NCBI RefSeq assembly: GCF_006345805.1
Contig: NC_043010.1
Coordinates: forward strand, 57,970,001 to 58,034,000
Direction of reading: 5' to 3'
Length of the DNA stretch: 64,000 nucleotides
DNA from: Octopus sinensis
Lineage: Eukaryota
This document shows, in pieces, positions 14,000 through 26,094 of this stretch. Numbering within the stretch: position 1 is the first letter of the stretch; each line of letters starts with the position of its first letter. A program made the position numbers and the translations under genes. Below the pieces are notes generated by a model. It ran no database searches. It saw nothing but the letters and a program-made list of their open reading frames with translations, and had not been told where the DNA came from.

Positions 14000-14240
14000 T
14001 CTCTAGACACAAGGCCCGAAATTTTGGGGGAAGGGGCCAGTCGATTAGATCAACTCCAGTACGCAACTAGTACTTGATTTATGGGCCCCAGTACACAACT
14101 GGTACTTAATTTATCAACTCCAGAAGGAGGAAAGGCAAAGTTGACCTCATCAGAATTTGAACTTAGAACCTAAAAACAGATGGACTCCCATGAAGCATTT
14201 TGCCCGGCGTGCTAATGATTCTGCCAGCTCCCACCACCTT
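14000..14240 (-). mobile_element. tRNA-derived SINE, family D
   Basis: Reverse complement: gagctggcagaatcattagcacgccgggc..gttcaaattc..gtcaactttgcctttc..gataaattaagtaccagt..aaatttcgggccttgtg; contains a short internal duplication of the gtaccagttg..tactgg block. Confidence 0.85.
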
Positions 14241-14308
14241 CCTAACTATAAATATTAACAGTGAAGTAGATAAATATATATAAACATATATATATATATA
14301 TCTCTTAC

Positions 14309-14670
14309 GGCACTCCGTCTGTTATGATGATGAGGGTTCCAGTTGATCCAGCCTGCTCGTGAAATTAACGTGCAAGTGGCTGAGCACTCCACAGACACAT
14401 GTACCTTTAACATAGTTCTCGGGGAGATTCAGCATGACACAGAGTGTGACAAGGGTGGCCCTTTGAAATACAGACGCAGCAGAAACAGGAAGAAAGAGTG
14501 AGAGAAAGTTGTGGAGTACAGCAGGGATCGCCATGACCTCCTGCTGGAGCCTTGTGGAGCTTTAAGTGTTTTCGCTCAATAAACACTCACAACACCTGGT
14601 CTGGGAATCGAAACTGTAATCCTATGACCACAAATCCGCTGCCCTAACCACTGAGCCACTGCGCCTTCAC
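14309..14670 (-). mobile_element. tRNA-derived SINE, family A (body type 2)
   Basis: Reverse complement has gtggctcagtggttagggc and gtttcgattcccagacc; colinear with 41318-41700. Confidence 0.9.
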
Positions 14671-15250
14671 ACACACGTGTGTGTGTTTGCATGCACTACC
14701 AGAACACCACCACCCCTTCCATCATCATCATCACCACCACCCCTTCCATCACAGTCATCAATCCAGTCACTGCAGTAAGTCATATATATATTATTATATA
14801 CAATACAGTCTCAATATAGTTTCCCTTATTACCCGTGGGAAAGGCATTAGGGCCACTTCTCCCACTCTGTCCACTATTGATCCCTTATTTCTAATGTAGA
14901 TTATAAACATTAACCTCTTACTATCAAGCTAGAAATAGCAACCAAATCACCCTCAAATCACTCCTCCCACTGTTCTAAAGAATAAAAGACACATCAGATA
15001 ATGTAATTTTTGGCAGTGGGAATGACATGGATGGAATGTCTTCATTCATAGGCTTGGTCAATGAAGACTGACCAACATCGCCAACAGTTTTGATGTCCAA
15101 GTCTGTTACTGTCCAGCTGGAGCCACAAGCATCTGTGGGAAATGCATAAACACCTCACACTCTCATTTATCCCCTTGTGTTTATGTCATGGATGTCTGTC
15201 AGTCTAAGTCCACCTTGTCTCACCTTTCTATTAAATCCTTTTTGGCTTAA

Positions 15251-15469
15251 CCCTCTTGATACCAACCCGGCTGAAACTGCCTCTGGCTCTGTAGTACAAA
15301 TATCTTGTTTACAAAAGTTCTGAATTGAAATCTTCGACCAAACCTTAGTCACAATTTGTGTTCCTAACGCAAACTGAATGATAACGAAATTGTTTTACTA
15401 AATTCTTTGTTATATTTAAAAGTAATTGAAAGAAACACAGAGCATCACAGAAACATGGTAAATAAAGGG
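15251..15469. mobile_element. piggyBac-type MITE (TTAA target duplication)
   Basis: TTAA|CCCTCTTGATACCA ... TGGTAAATAAAGGG|TTAA; imperfect 14-bp TIRs, with TTAA at 15247-15250 and 15470-15473. Confidence 0.7.
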
Positions 15470-16189
15470 TTAACCTGACCCACTTTATCAAGGTTTGATG
15501 AAGGGATAAACCCAGGTGGGTGGTAATTGAGGGGGGTTGGCAGAAAGGGACCAACAGAGAGAGAGAGAGAGATCAGAAGTATGGGTCACTAGAAAAATGA
15601 AGAAAGATGATGAGAAAAAAGGAAATGCTAAAAGGGTTATCAAAGATGGCCAAAGAGGAACCAGCAGAGCAGAGAAGAGACCCCAACAAAAAATGAACAG
15701 GAGAAAGGTTAGTACAGAAGGGGGCCTAAAGAAAGGGGATAACAGGGAAAAGGATAAAATAACAATAACAAAATACCAAGATGTGAAAAAGCAGAACACA
15801 AGTGCAAAAAGGAGTTTAAAGGAAATACATTAACGTAACAATAGATTTGTTTTTGTTCTTTTTTTCCCAATTCTCTCCTTAAAATTACAAAGATCCATGG
15901 GACCACTTGTTATGGCTGCTGCTGTTTAACCACAGGTCAACAGTGACTGAGAAGAGTCATGAATAAAGGTATTTCATCTATGACCATACTGTCTTAAAAA
16001 GACCATTGCTATAATAGTATTTAGCTCTCCTTGTGCAAAGAAGGGGACAGAAGCTCAATAAGCCCGCCTCAATTCTCTTGTTTTCTTGCTGATGATAGAG
16101 GTGAGTTACAGGCTATGCCACCCTGGGCTACTAATATATACCTTGGTGTACCACCCTACAACCACTCTTGGGTCCTTCCCAACTTATGC

Positions 16190-16350
16190 AGACTCATAGG
16201 CCTAGTTTCCAGGTTTCCATATTCCCCACTGGATAGGATGCTGATCCATCACAGGCTGAACTCATCTTTGCCAACTGAGTGGAACAGAACAGCATGAAAT
16301 GAAGTGTTTTGCTGACAGGAATGGAAACCACAATCTTATGATCAACCCAC
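16190..16350 (-). mobile_element. SINE family A variant (body type 3), decayed
   Basis: Reverse complement has the A-type cacttcatttcatg..ccactcagttggc block followed by cctgtgatggatcagcatcctatccagtgggg..ggaaacctggaaac. Confidence 0.5.
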
Positions 16351-17895
16351 CAAGCCAGCCACAGCCTCCACTCCCCACCCTGGGTGTACCATGCTGTACA
16401 CGAGCCTGTGTTACCTAGGTGGACCTTACCTGATGTGCTCCCTACTTAAGGTGAGATGAACTGTGCCATGTACTAACTTATATTCCAAGTAAAAACGTTC
16501 TAATTAGGTGCTAAAAATAGCAACCAAATCTCTCTCAAATTCATTAAGTCTTCTGCTCCAAGGCAGAAATGAGCTCCAGAAATGATCCTCCACTCAATTT
16601 CTTTCTCAAGCATTTCATTCACTAAAGGCTGTGGTAAACAAAATACATGCTCAAGGTGCCACCCTGTAGCACTGAACCCCAAACCACAGCAGCCACCCAC
16701 ATTGGCCAGGTTTTCACCAGTTCTTTCACCATTTGTTGTTACTATTAGACTGTGGTCATGCTGGAGCACTGCTCTGAAGAATTTTAGTGAAATGAATTGA
16801 CCCCAGAAAAATGTCCTGTGAAGTATTTGTCACCTTCCACTGACAATGGTGAGGTGTACACGTCATCATCATCATGAGAAACCTATCTGTACAGTCAGGA
16901 TTTGTGTGTACCTCTCCTGGTCCCTTACGGTGGGGGTGCACAGCATTTAACTGTGTATCCATATATACCATGCCAGTCCCATGTTGCCTGCTTTCAAGTA
17001 AGGTTCCTTCCAAGATCAGGATATCTCTCTTTATCTTCATCTCTCTCTCTCTCATCCCTCTTTTCCTCTCTCACTCTCTGTTAAGTAATCCTTAAAGAAT
17101 CCAAGAACTTTGTTGACAAATAAAACCCTGGTTTAGTTTTTAGCTATCTCGTTCATGTAGTCTCTCTTTTACTCAAGTCACTGAGGGTAAATACTCACAC
17201 ACACACATATACAGTTGGATATAAATATATGTATATGTGTATATGTATGTGTGTATATGTGAGTATATGTATGTGTGTATATGATGTGTATGTGTGTGTG
17301 TGTGTATGTATATATATATGTATACATATATATATATGTATATACATACACACACATACATACATACACATATACACATTCACATATATAAATTTCAGGT
17401 TGGTGTTTAGCATGCCAGAAGACCACCAAGAGTGAGGCACCCCTTAGCTTTTGTCAAAGTATGCCCCTAAGGGAAGGTCACTACTGATATAAAACCAGAT
17501 ATGCAGGGAATGGCACTGAATATTTTTGGGATCATTTGTTTTGCACTGGAGATCATGGTGGTGTCACATTCTTGAGCCTGTGATCCATAATGGTACAGGA
17601 TATCTTGTCCTGGCTTGTCTCTAGATCATGTCAGTAGGGTGAAGAGGGTCTGTGAGGTGCTGTGCAAGTATGGACCCTGCAGATATGAACCCTAATGAAG
17701 CTGACTGCACCAGCATTGCTGGTCAGTAAGAGTCTTCCTTGGTCATGAGGGGACAACCTCCATTATCATAACCATCATATATATATGCACAGGCATAGTT
17801 GTGTTGTAAGAAGTTCGATTCTCAATCACAAGGAGTTTTCCAGTTGTTTGATTAACTGAACTTCTACATTTATTAAATTATCCCATAACTGGGGA

Positions 17896-18213
17896 CACTC
17901 TGTGGGTTCTGGTGATGAGTGGTCCAGTTGATCCAATCAATGGAACAGCTTGCTCATGAAATCGTGAAGTTAACATGTGAGTGGCTGAATGTTCCACAGA
18001 CAGGTACCCTTAATGCAGTGCTCAGAGAGTCAGTGTGATACAGAATGTGACGAAGATGGCCTTTTTCAATTATATGTACACTACCACATTTTTGCCAGCA
18101 GAGCAGACAGGAGCAATGAAGTGTCTTGCTGAAGGAAACAATGTGTCACCGTGAATCCAACTCCTAACCGTATGACCATGAGCTGAATACCCAAATCATT
18201 AAACCACATGCCT
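17896..18213 (-). mobile_element. SINE family A (body 1), decayed
   Basis: ggtccagttgatccaatcaatggaacagcttgctcatgaaat.. mirrors the 1199-1505 copy. Confidence 0.8.
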
Positions 18214-19514
18214 CCACAAGGGCTGAGCATTGACAGACTCTGGTTCTCTTAATATAATCCCCACATAGAACACCTGGTACAGTCCATTCGGAGGTATTCC
18301 ACACAGTTTGCTCCATGTAATCTGTAAAAATAAGGATGTAATGGAACATCCAGTAAGTATTCCTGTATCACTAAGTTGGGGTGTCATTTGAGCCATTAAA
18401 CCTTCAAGACATAGCAGTTTCTGTACTGTCATTAAAATAAAGACCAAGATAAATGCATACATAAATGTGGTCTTGGGAACTCAAAACACACACTGGAATA
18501 GTTAACTAAGGACAATGGGAGATGTGGTAGACCACTGGTTTTAAAATAGGGACCACAGACTGAAGGTGGCCCTTATGTGTTTTGGTCAGTCTATCACTCA
18601 AACTCCCCTATCAAAAAAAAATGCTCTACTGCCTTTTAAGTAGGGACCACTTCAACCAGTTATGGGCTTTTGTATAGTCATATGACATCCTAATTCCAAC
18701 AACCAACATTTTCTTTTGTTACATTTCAAAAGCTTAGGATTTCATGTTGAAAATACCAAACATTGGTGAGAATATTCATCTGAATTAAAACTTGAGATGG
18801 CAGCATGAATGGAGATTGAATAAGACTAATGATAGTTGTCTGATTACAACATTTGTGACTGAAGCTGACTAACAACTACAGATGTGACTGGAGTTGATTG
18901 TGACTTCCCTTAAATTAAATGCTTCTTCATTGTAAAATGAAGGAGCAGAGAAGATGATGGAGTTCTAGTTACCTTACAATGTCATGACTCATAGGTCTGC
19001 TGGATCAGTACTGACCTGGGGTTAAACAACAACAGCAGGAACAATAATGATACAACTACTTAGCTAGAAACGGCAGTTATGTATCCCAGTCACTACATGC
19101 TGTTGTTTTAAAACCACATGGGATAAGTCAGTCCCCTAAACAGAAAGAGAAAGCATAATCATGGCTGAAATATCAGCTGACCAGGGGCTAAACCACCACC
19201 ACAGCCAGTTGTAAATAACAATGTTCAGCAGGATGCAAGATGTTGTGATGTTCATGCTTTACTGAAGACATTTTGGACACAAATACCACAAACCAGGGCT
19301 AGGTGGGCAGGGGTTGGGTTCAGTTGATATATTTGGCAGGGACCGGCCCCCAATACATCCATTGTCTCAAATCTGAAACTGCTTACTTTCTATGGTGAAG
19401 TTGAGGGTTTGAACTGCCATGAAACATTCCGAAGTCTGTTACTTGAATTACGGCATATTTATATATCTATATGGGTGCATATATATATATTTATGTGTAT
19501 ATTTTATATACTGT

Positions 19515-19843
19515 TGATGTTGATGTGGTTACAATGACCAGGGGTCCAGTTGGTTTGATCAATAGAGCAGCCTGCTTGTGAAATTGATGTCCAAACAGCT
19601 GAGCCTTCCACAGACACACGGACACTTAACATAGTTCCCTCAGGCAGATTCAGCATAACACAGAACATGACAAGGGCGATCCCTTGGGAATTACAGGTAC
19701 AACTCATTTTTGCCAGCTGAGTGAACTGGAGCAATAAAGTGAAATAAAGTGCCTTGCTCAAGGACACACTGTGCAACTGGGAATCGAACTCACAACCTTA
19801 TGATCTTGAACCAAATGCCCTAACAACTAAGCCACCTGCCTTC
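19515..19843 (-). mobile_element. SINE family A (body 1), full length
   Basis: Reverse complement: ggtggcttagttgttagggc..gagttcgattcccag..tgtgtccttgagcaaggcactttatttcac..ctcagctggcaaaaatgagt. Confidence 0.9.
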
Positions 19844-20848
19844 ACTATGGTGATGCAACACCCAAGATTTAAGGGGATTACGAAAAAGCTGTAAACAAAT
19901 GGAATAACCATCTATTCTCCCATCTCACTTCTTTTATCTGTTTAGTTTTTATATAGATAAATAGACAGACAAACAGACAGATAGATAGATAAGCAGGCAG
20001 ACAGACATAGATATACAAACATGTCTATATAGATAGATATATATATATATATATATATCAATCACTCCATATCTCTAATCATTTGTCTCCTTATTTTCAT
20101 TCCTATTCTGTCTCATATTCACTTTGTATCTGGATCTCACATCTTTTTCTTTCTCTCTCTCTCTCTCACTTTGCTGGTGGGCAAATCATATATTTGTCTC
20201 TTCTCCCTCTATCATAGTTTCTCTCTCCAGTCTATACCCCCAATCAGTTGAAAGGGGTCTTATCTTGCAAGGTACTTGGCAACCTCACCATTGCTGGTTC
20301 CATGCACAAAACACACTCAGCTAAGTGTTTGCTGTTAGGAATGGCATCCAGCCATAGAAGTCATGGTCAAGCAGACACTGGAGCCTGGTGGAACTTTCTG
20401 GCTCATCTGTTCTTGTCAGACTGTCCAACCCTGGTCACTGTGGAAACGGGGGACATTGAATGATGATGATGATGTCTGTCATTGTCCTCTTGCACCCACT
20501 TTCCAAGCTAACAGGGGATGGATATATGGTCACTGTCCCAATCCCTTCTTATTCAGAGCTATTGCCCTCCTCATCACATAAGAAGATTGTCTCTTAGTAG
20601 TACATTGCATTCTTAGTTTGACTTCTCTCGATGGATTCCCTTCCTGGCACCATTCACATTGTAGGGTGAACTTGGTAACTCCGACGCTAGAGAGGTTGTC
20701 AAAGTCTTCAGAAAATCTCCATCTTTCAGCATTCACTTTATAATGGTACCAACATCAGTGGAGTTGCCTTGGGACCCATACGAATAAAGTGTCCTGACTA
20801 TTTTATGGTGTGTTTGTTCACTCAACGCTATATGACTGAGAAAGTAAT

Positions 20849-21013
20849 GGGATGAAAGGGTGGCAGGGTGAGAGAGAAATGGGATGAAAGGGTGGCAGGG
20901 TGAGAGAGAAATGGGATGAAAGGGTGGCAGGGTGAGAGAGAAATGGGATGAAAGGGTGGCAGGGTGAGAGAGAAATGGGATGAAAGGGTGGCAGGGTGAG
21001 AGAGAAATGGGAT
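20849..21013 (+). repeat. Perfect 32-bp minisatellite x5 (GGGATGAAAGGGTGGCAGGGTGAGAGAGAAAT)
   Basis: Identical units start at 20849, 20881, 20913, 20945 and 20977, plus a partial unit at 21009. Confidence 0.97.
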
Positions 21014-21889
21014 GGCTAGAAATAGAGATGAGAATAAATGACAGATGCCAGTCACAAGCGGCTCAAGAATGGGGGGGGGGATGACTGGAATTATAGAATG
21101 AGAAATGCTGAGTGCAAGAATTACAAGTAGATCTAATTCAATCCCTTATAACGTAGGCCTTTTGTTAGACAAAAGAGTGAAAGTAATAAGAATGAGAAAA
21201 GGGAGAGGATGTGTTGTTATAGTAAGTTCCCTTGTTATACAAATGGTTGGATGTAGTGAAGAGGAGAACAAATGGTTGTCATAGAGTTGAGTTGGGTGGA
21301 TAGATTTAATAATGTCCCTAAGTACAAACAAAGTATGGCTCAGTGAACTGAAGGAGGGGTGAGTTGCAGAGAGATGAAAGCGGGGTTTAAGATACTTGAC
21401 AAAATCTGCATAAACATGTGTGTGTGTGTTGTCTGTATAGATGTATGTAGTTGTGAAGTATGTCCAGCTCCATGACGGAAGGAAAACCATAGGAAGACTT
21501 TGGCTAAAGTAGAAGGACAAGTTCAAAGCTCAGCTGAAAGGGACGAAGATTCCTGCAGAAACATTTGTAAAAACTGTATAGAACTGCAAGGAATGGTAAC
21601 TAACTTGCTATAAAGCCATAAGGAATTGATGAATTAATGCATCTAGATAATCTAGATCATCTTAAAGAACTGAGAGCAAAAACAAAGTGTCAGACTGTGA
21701 TGCCAACCACTTTTTTATAACATTCCTTTCTGATGTCCAATCTGTGGACTTGTCTGTATATTGTTGGAGGGATTAAAGTCTTACGAGACACATTCATAAC
21801 AGAACTAAAGCATCAGAAAAGGGAAAAATGCTATTTAGACCTTACTAGATCAGAATTAAAAGGAGAATCCATCATCATCATCATTAATT

Positions 21890-22452
21890 ATTATTATTAT
21901 TGAGGGAGAAAGCAGCATACACCATCAAAGTGACACTGAGATACAAATATACGAAGCCCAGTATACCCATCATGACTACCCGTCTGATGAGGGTACACCA
22001 GACACTTGCAGCACAGTCACATGTGCGACATGGTAATCTCATATCAAGGTAAACAGTGCATAACCTTGCAGATGGGTTCCAGTTGGAATTTTCTTCAAGT
22101 CGAGTAACCCAGTTCACTCAAAAGGTCCCTGAACAAGAGTTGTTTAAGGATGTTGACTGAAACACCCATGTTTCCAAAAGTGAATTATTCAAAACCCCAA
22201 AGAATTCCTCTCAACACATGGCTATGATGCTCCCCCACTACTTCTACTCGTGGTCAGAGATGCACATATCATGAGCCACAAAGGGACCTGGTCAACTGGT
22301 TAAGGTCAAACAACTGACAAGCAAATCTGTGGTATTGGGCAGAATGTTTGTTGTAGTCCATCTTTTACATCAAGACAAAACAATGTACATGATAATACTT
22401 CCAATCAGTTAAGATCAGAAGCCATGACAGCCACAGCCTGCTACTGCAGTGC
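21890..22452 (-). mobile_element. Dispersed ~560-bp repeat family E with (AAT)n tail (non-coding retroposon end)
   Basis: Colinear with 53899-54455 (same orientation) and 63535-63800 (inverted, partial); both long copies abut an (ATT)n run. Confidence 0.85.
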
Positions 22453-22610
22453 CACCTATCTTTCATTACTGTTATCATTTTTAACATTTGTGGTAGGGTG
22501 GGAAATGCTTTCCAACATTGCATTTCACAAACTGAGATATGGACACACCAACACCAGTTGCCAAGTGATGGTGGGGGAGGGGCAAAGACAGACACACACA
22601 CATGTATGTA

Positions 22611-22643
<33 letters not shown>

Positions 22644-22994
22644 TGCATGTGTATATGTATACACACACATGCACACAGTGAAACAGTCAAACTGATTGAA
22701 AAATTGCACAAAGGGTAGCAATTTGAAAAATCACATAGAAATGGTGGGGAGAGGTGGTGGTGGTGGTGGTGGTGGCTAGAGCGGCGGCAGTAGCATAAGA
22801 GGTGTGTTTTGGCATTGGCTGGTGCTGCTTGTACGAATTGCGTGATTTGTCCCAGGTAAATGAGAGAAATTTCAGTTACTGTGTATACAGTCTCTTGCAC
22901 TGAGAAAACTGGCACATTTTGGGGTATCATGTGTGCCAACAGTAAATAAATTAAAAATCTATAAACACATGATACCTGGAACCATGTAGTTGGG

Positions 22995-24690
22995 AGGTTT
23001 CAGTGGTAGGACTGCAGCCATGATGGAGCACCATTTCAATTTATTTTCTTCTGGCTTTGTCATCACTTTATGGCTAGAAGTTGGTCAGTGATGGAGTTGG
23101 TAGCAACTGACCTCCTCTGAGTGCATCCCTGAATGGCTGACCAGTCCGGTATTTTTGTTAGTGTTACCAATTTTTTTTGTTTTGTTTAATGTTTCACTAG
23201 AGGTTCCTTTTATATTTCTGATTCTGTTTGGCAGGCAGTTGAACAGTTGAGGATCCCTGAATATTAGACTCGTACAATAAAGTGTTCTTGCTTGGGATTT
23301 CGAAGGTGGAATATCTGGTGACATATCACACACTGTGTTGGAGTGAGAGAGAGAAGGACATTTGGGGCCAGGTCCTTTTGGATGAAGATCACTATTTCTC
23401 CTCATTTCTCCTCATATTCTGTAGTCAATTCTGACAGATGTAATTCCACATCCAATATGTCTGGGGTCAGGGACGTTTCACTTCATGCTTCACATATTGG
23501 TTTTTCTCGCTCTAACAAGGTTCCTCTTGCTGTGCAAGGTCCCTCTCACTGTAACAAGGTCTCTCTCACTGTAATAAGGTCTCTCTTGCTGTACCAAGGT
23601 CACGCTCGCTGTAACAAGGTCTCTCTTGCTTTAACAAGGTCTCTCTAGCTCTAACAAGGTCTCTCTCTCACTGTAACAAGGTCTCTCTAGCTCTATCAAG
23701 GTCTCTCTCGTTCTACTAAGGTGTCTTTCGCTGTACCAAGGTCACGCTCACTGTAACAAGGTTTTTCTCACTGTGCAAGGTCCCTCTCATTGTAACAAGG
23801 TCTCTCTAGCTCTATCAAGGTCTCTCTCGCTGTACCAAGGTCACGCTCACTGTAACAAGGTTTTTCTCACTGTGCAAGGTATCTCTCGCTGTAACAAGGT
23901 CTCTCTCGTTCTAACAAGGTCTCTCTAGCTCTAACAAGGTCTCTCTCGTTCTAACAAGGTCTCTCTCATTCTACAAGGTCTCTCTTGCTGTGCAAGGTGT
24001 CTAAGATATGATACTTTTGTTCGATTTGTGAAGTGTGAAAGACTTTGTATATTTTGCAATGTTATTGATTTGAGTTTGTGGGTCTATGACAACAATGGTG
24101 TGGTTGTGCACTGGGGTAACAACCGTGGTTGGTGCTGTGTGAGAGTTAGAAGGCTTTTTAATTTTTTTTGCCAGATTCATCATGGCTAAATAGGGATTTT
24201 CTTGTTTCGGGAGGAGTTGTTGTCTGGGGTTGGTATGGTTGCACTGTTGAATATGGTTATAGTTATATGGTTTGCGCCTGTTGGTTTTACTATTGTACCC
24301 AGCAGATACCTTGGGTGACTTCGGGGTTTTGATGAAAGTCATCGCTGCCACTGCAAGGGATGTTTCTACTGTAGATTTGGTGGTGGTTTAGTATCATGCT
24401 TTTACTAATGCATCGAGTCCCTGGAAGACGAGTGAAGGGATAATCTTTTATGTTAGGAGTAGCAACAGATTTTAGGATTCCAGGCTACATGCGGAGAAGT
24501 TATCAAGTGTGATTTAGTATGGTTTGGTGTTGGCTGGTGCTGCTTGTATGAATTGTTTGTCTTGTCCGAGGTAAATGGTTGAAGTTACAGTCACTGTGTA
24601 TGCATAGTCTCTCGCATTGAGAATAGCGACATATTTTGGGGTTTCGTGTGTTCATGGTTTTACTTTATTTACACACAATGGCAAGGGTAA
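22995..24690 (-). mobile_element. Internally deleted CR1-like LINE: ORF1 end, ORF2 endonuclease start, minisatellite, ORF2 C-terminus, 3' tail
   Basis: Minus translations in order: PKICRYSQCERLCIHSDCNFNHLP (ORF1 zinc finger), NRTKVSYLRHLAQQE, SETSLTPDILDVELHL (endonuclease start), RTLYCTSLIFRDPQLFNCLPNRIRNI (ORF2 end), then tail ggtgctccatcatggctgcagtc..ctgaaac. Confidence 0.75.
23512..23998. repeat. 20-bp minisatellite, ~24 units (consensus CTGTAACAAGGTCTCTCTCG)
   Basis: aaggt core recurring about every 20 bp, with internal higher-order block duplications. Confidence 0.95.
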
Positions 24691-25066
24691 TAAAAGACTA
24701 TGATGATGAAGGGTCACTTGTGGTACCAGAGGAAGCTGAACTGTGAAGGGCTCTTGATTGTGGAGCTTAATAGTCCATCAATTGTGCTAGTATTGAGGAG
24801 TGGCTGTCGTTTATATATATAAAATATATATAACTTATATATAAGGGCTAAAGAAAATTATTTCAATGCCAATATGCTGATAACAGACATTTAAATCGTC
24901 AATTTCCACATATTATTTACTTGCTACAAAAAAAAACACAAAGAACTGAAATCGGGGAAGCCGGTCGATAGAATTTTTTGAAAAGTTCGTTATTTCTATA
25001 TTGAATCAATTTCGGAATTAATCTCATAAAAGATTCTTTCCTCTTCAGTAGAACATATGAAAGGAT

Positions 25067-25097
<31 letters not shown>

Positions 25098-25113
25098 AAA
25101 TATATATAAACAC

Positions 25114-25218
25114 ACAAAAGTTAAGGAATGGAGCAGATGAGATCCCAGCTACATATGTAGATAAGATCCAGAAATATATGTAGCCTGGGTCTTATCTATT
25201 CCATTCCTTAACTCTTGT
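25114..25218. mobile_element. Small palindromic MITE-like element
   Basis: gttaaggaatggagcagatgagatcccagctacatat versus atatgtagcctgggtcttatctattccattccttaac (inverted arms ~40-45 bp, short spacer). Confidence 0.8.
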
Positions 25219-25437
25219 AGCCTTATTTGCATACCTGACAACCCTGGTTATCTACCATGAAATATATATATATATATATATGTATAAAAAAAACATTTCA
25301 GCTTATCATACTTCTGTACCAAAAAATCCACATCCTTCCATCTCAATAAACTGCTATTGTTCATGAAAGTTGTTTTTTATATTTACTACAGATTGCTTGA
25401 AGCTAGCTTGCACCCTACATCTTGATCTTTGGATCTT

Positions 25438-25469
<32 letters not shown>

Positions 25470-26094
25470 TGGTTCCACCCATGCCAGCATGGTAGGTGGA
25501 CATTAAACGATGATGATGATATATAAATATATGATTTAATTTTTTAATGTTGATGCTTTTACTTCAGTAATAGGGGGTGCATTTGTACCCCTTGCATCCC
25601 CAATTCCCGGCCGCTTTGCTGTAAGCCAGATTGGCTATAATAAAGGAATTATGCATAGTGACCCCTATTTTTACTTGTCTCTTTATATATCTCTCTGTAA
25701 AAACCAGTTTATTTGAAGCCCACCCACGTATTTTCAATAGAGAATTGTGATGAACCCTAAGTTTGGATTCTACCGAAAGACCACTTGGAGTTCTTCACTA
25801 ATCTAAGTAATATTGTTAGCCTGGGGTGCTGACAGGGAGCAGAGCTTATCGAGTATTTTGTCCAGATTAATAACCCCTCACTATTTGTTAACCAATCGTG
25901 GCCGCTGCCAGACTCCCCTGGCACCCGTGCCGGTGGCACGTAAAAAGCACCAACTACAATCACGGAGTGGTTGGCGTTAGGAAGGGCATCAAACTGTAGA
26001 AACACTGCAGCCTTCTGGCTTCCCAGATCCCCGGTCGAACCGTCCAACCCGTGCTAGCACGGAAAACGGACGTTAAACGATGATGATGATGATG

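Noticed and set aside
13627-14010. Minus ORF containing SSGSDSGQKDS, resembling a protocadherin cytoplasmic DSG motif
   Set aside because: The only nearby acceptor gives TGG GAG TGA in the required phase 0; there is no donor, and the ORF runs between repeat elements.
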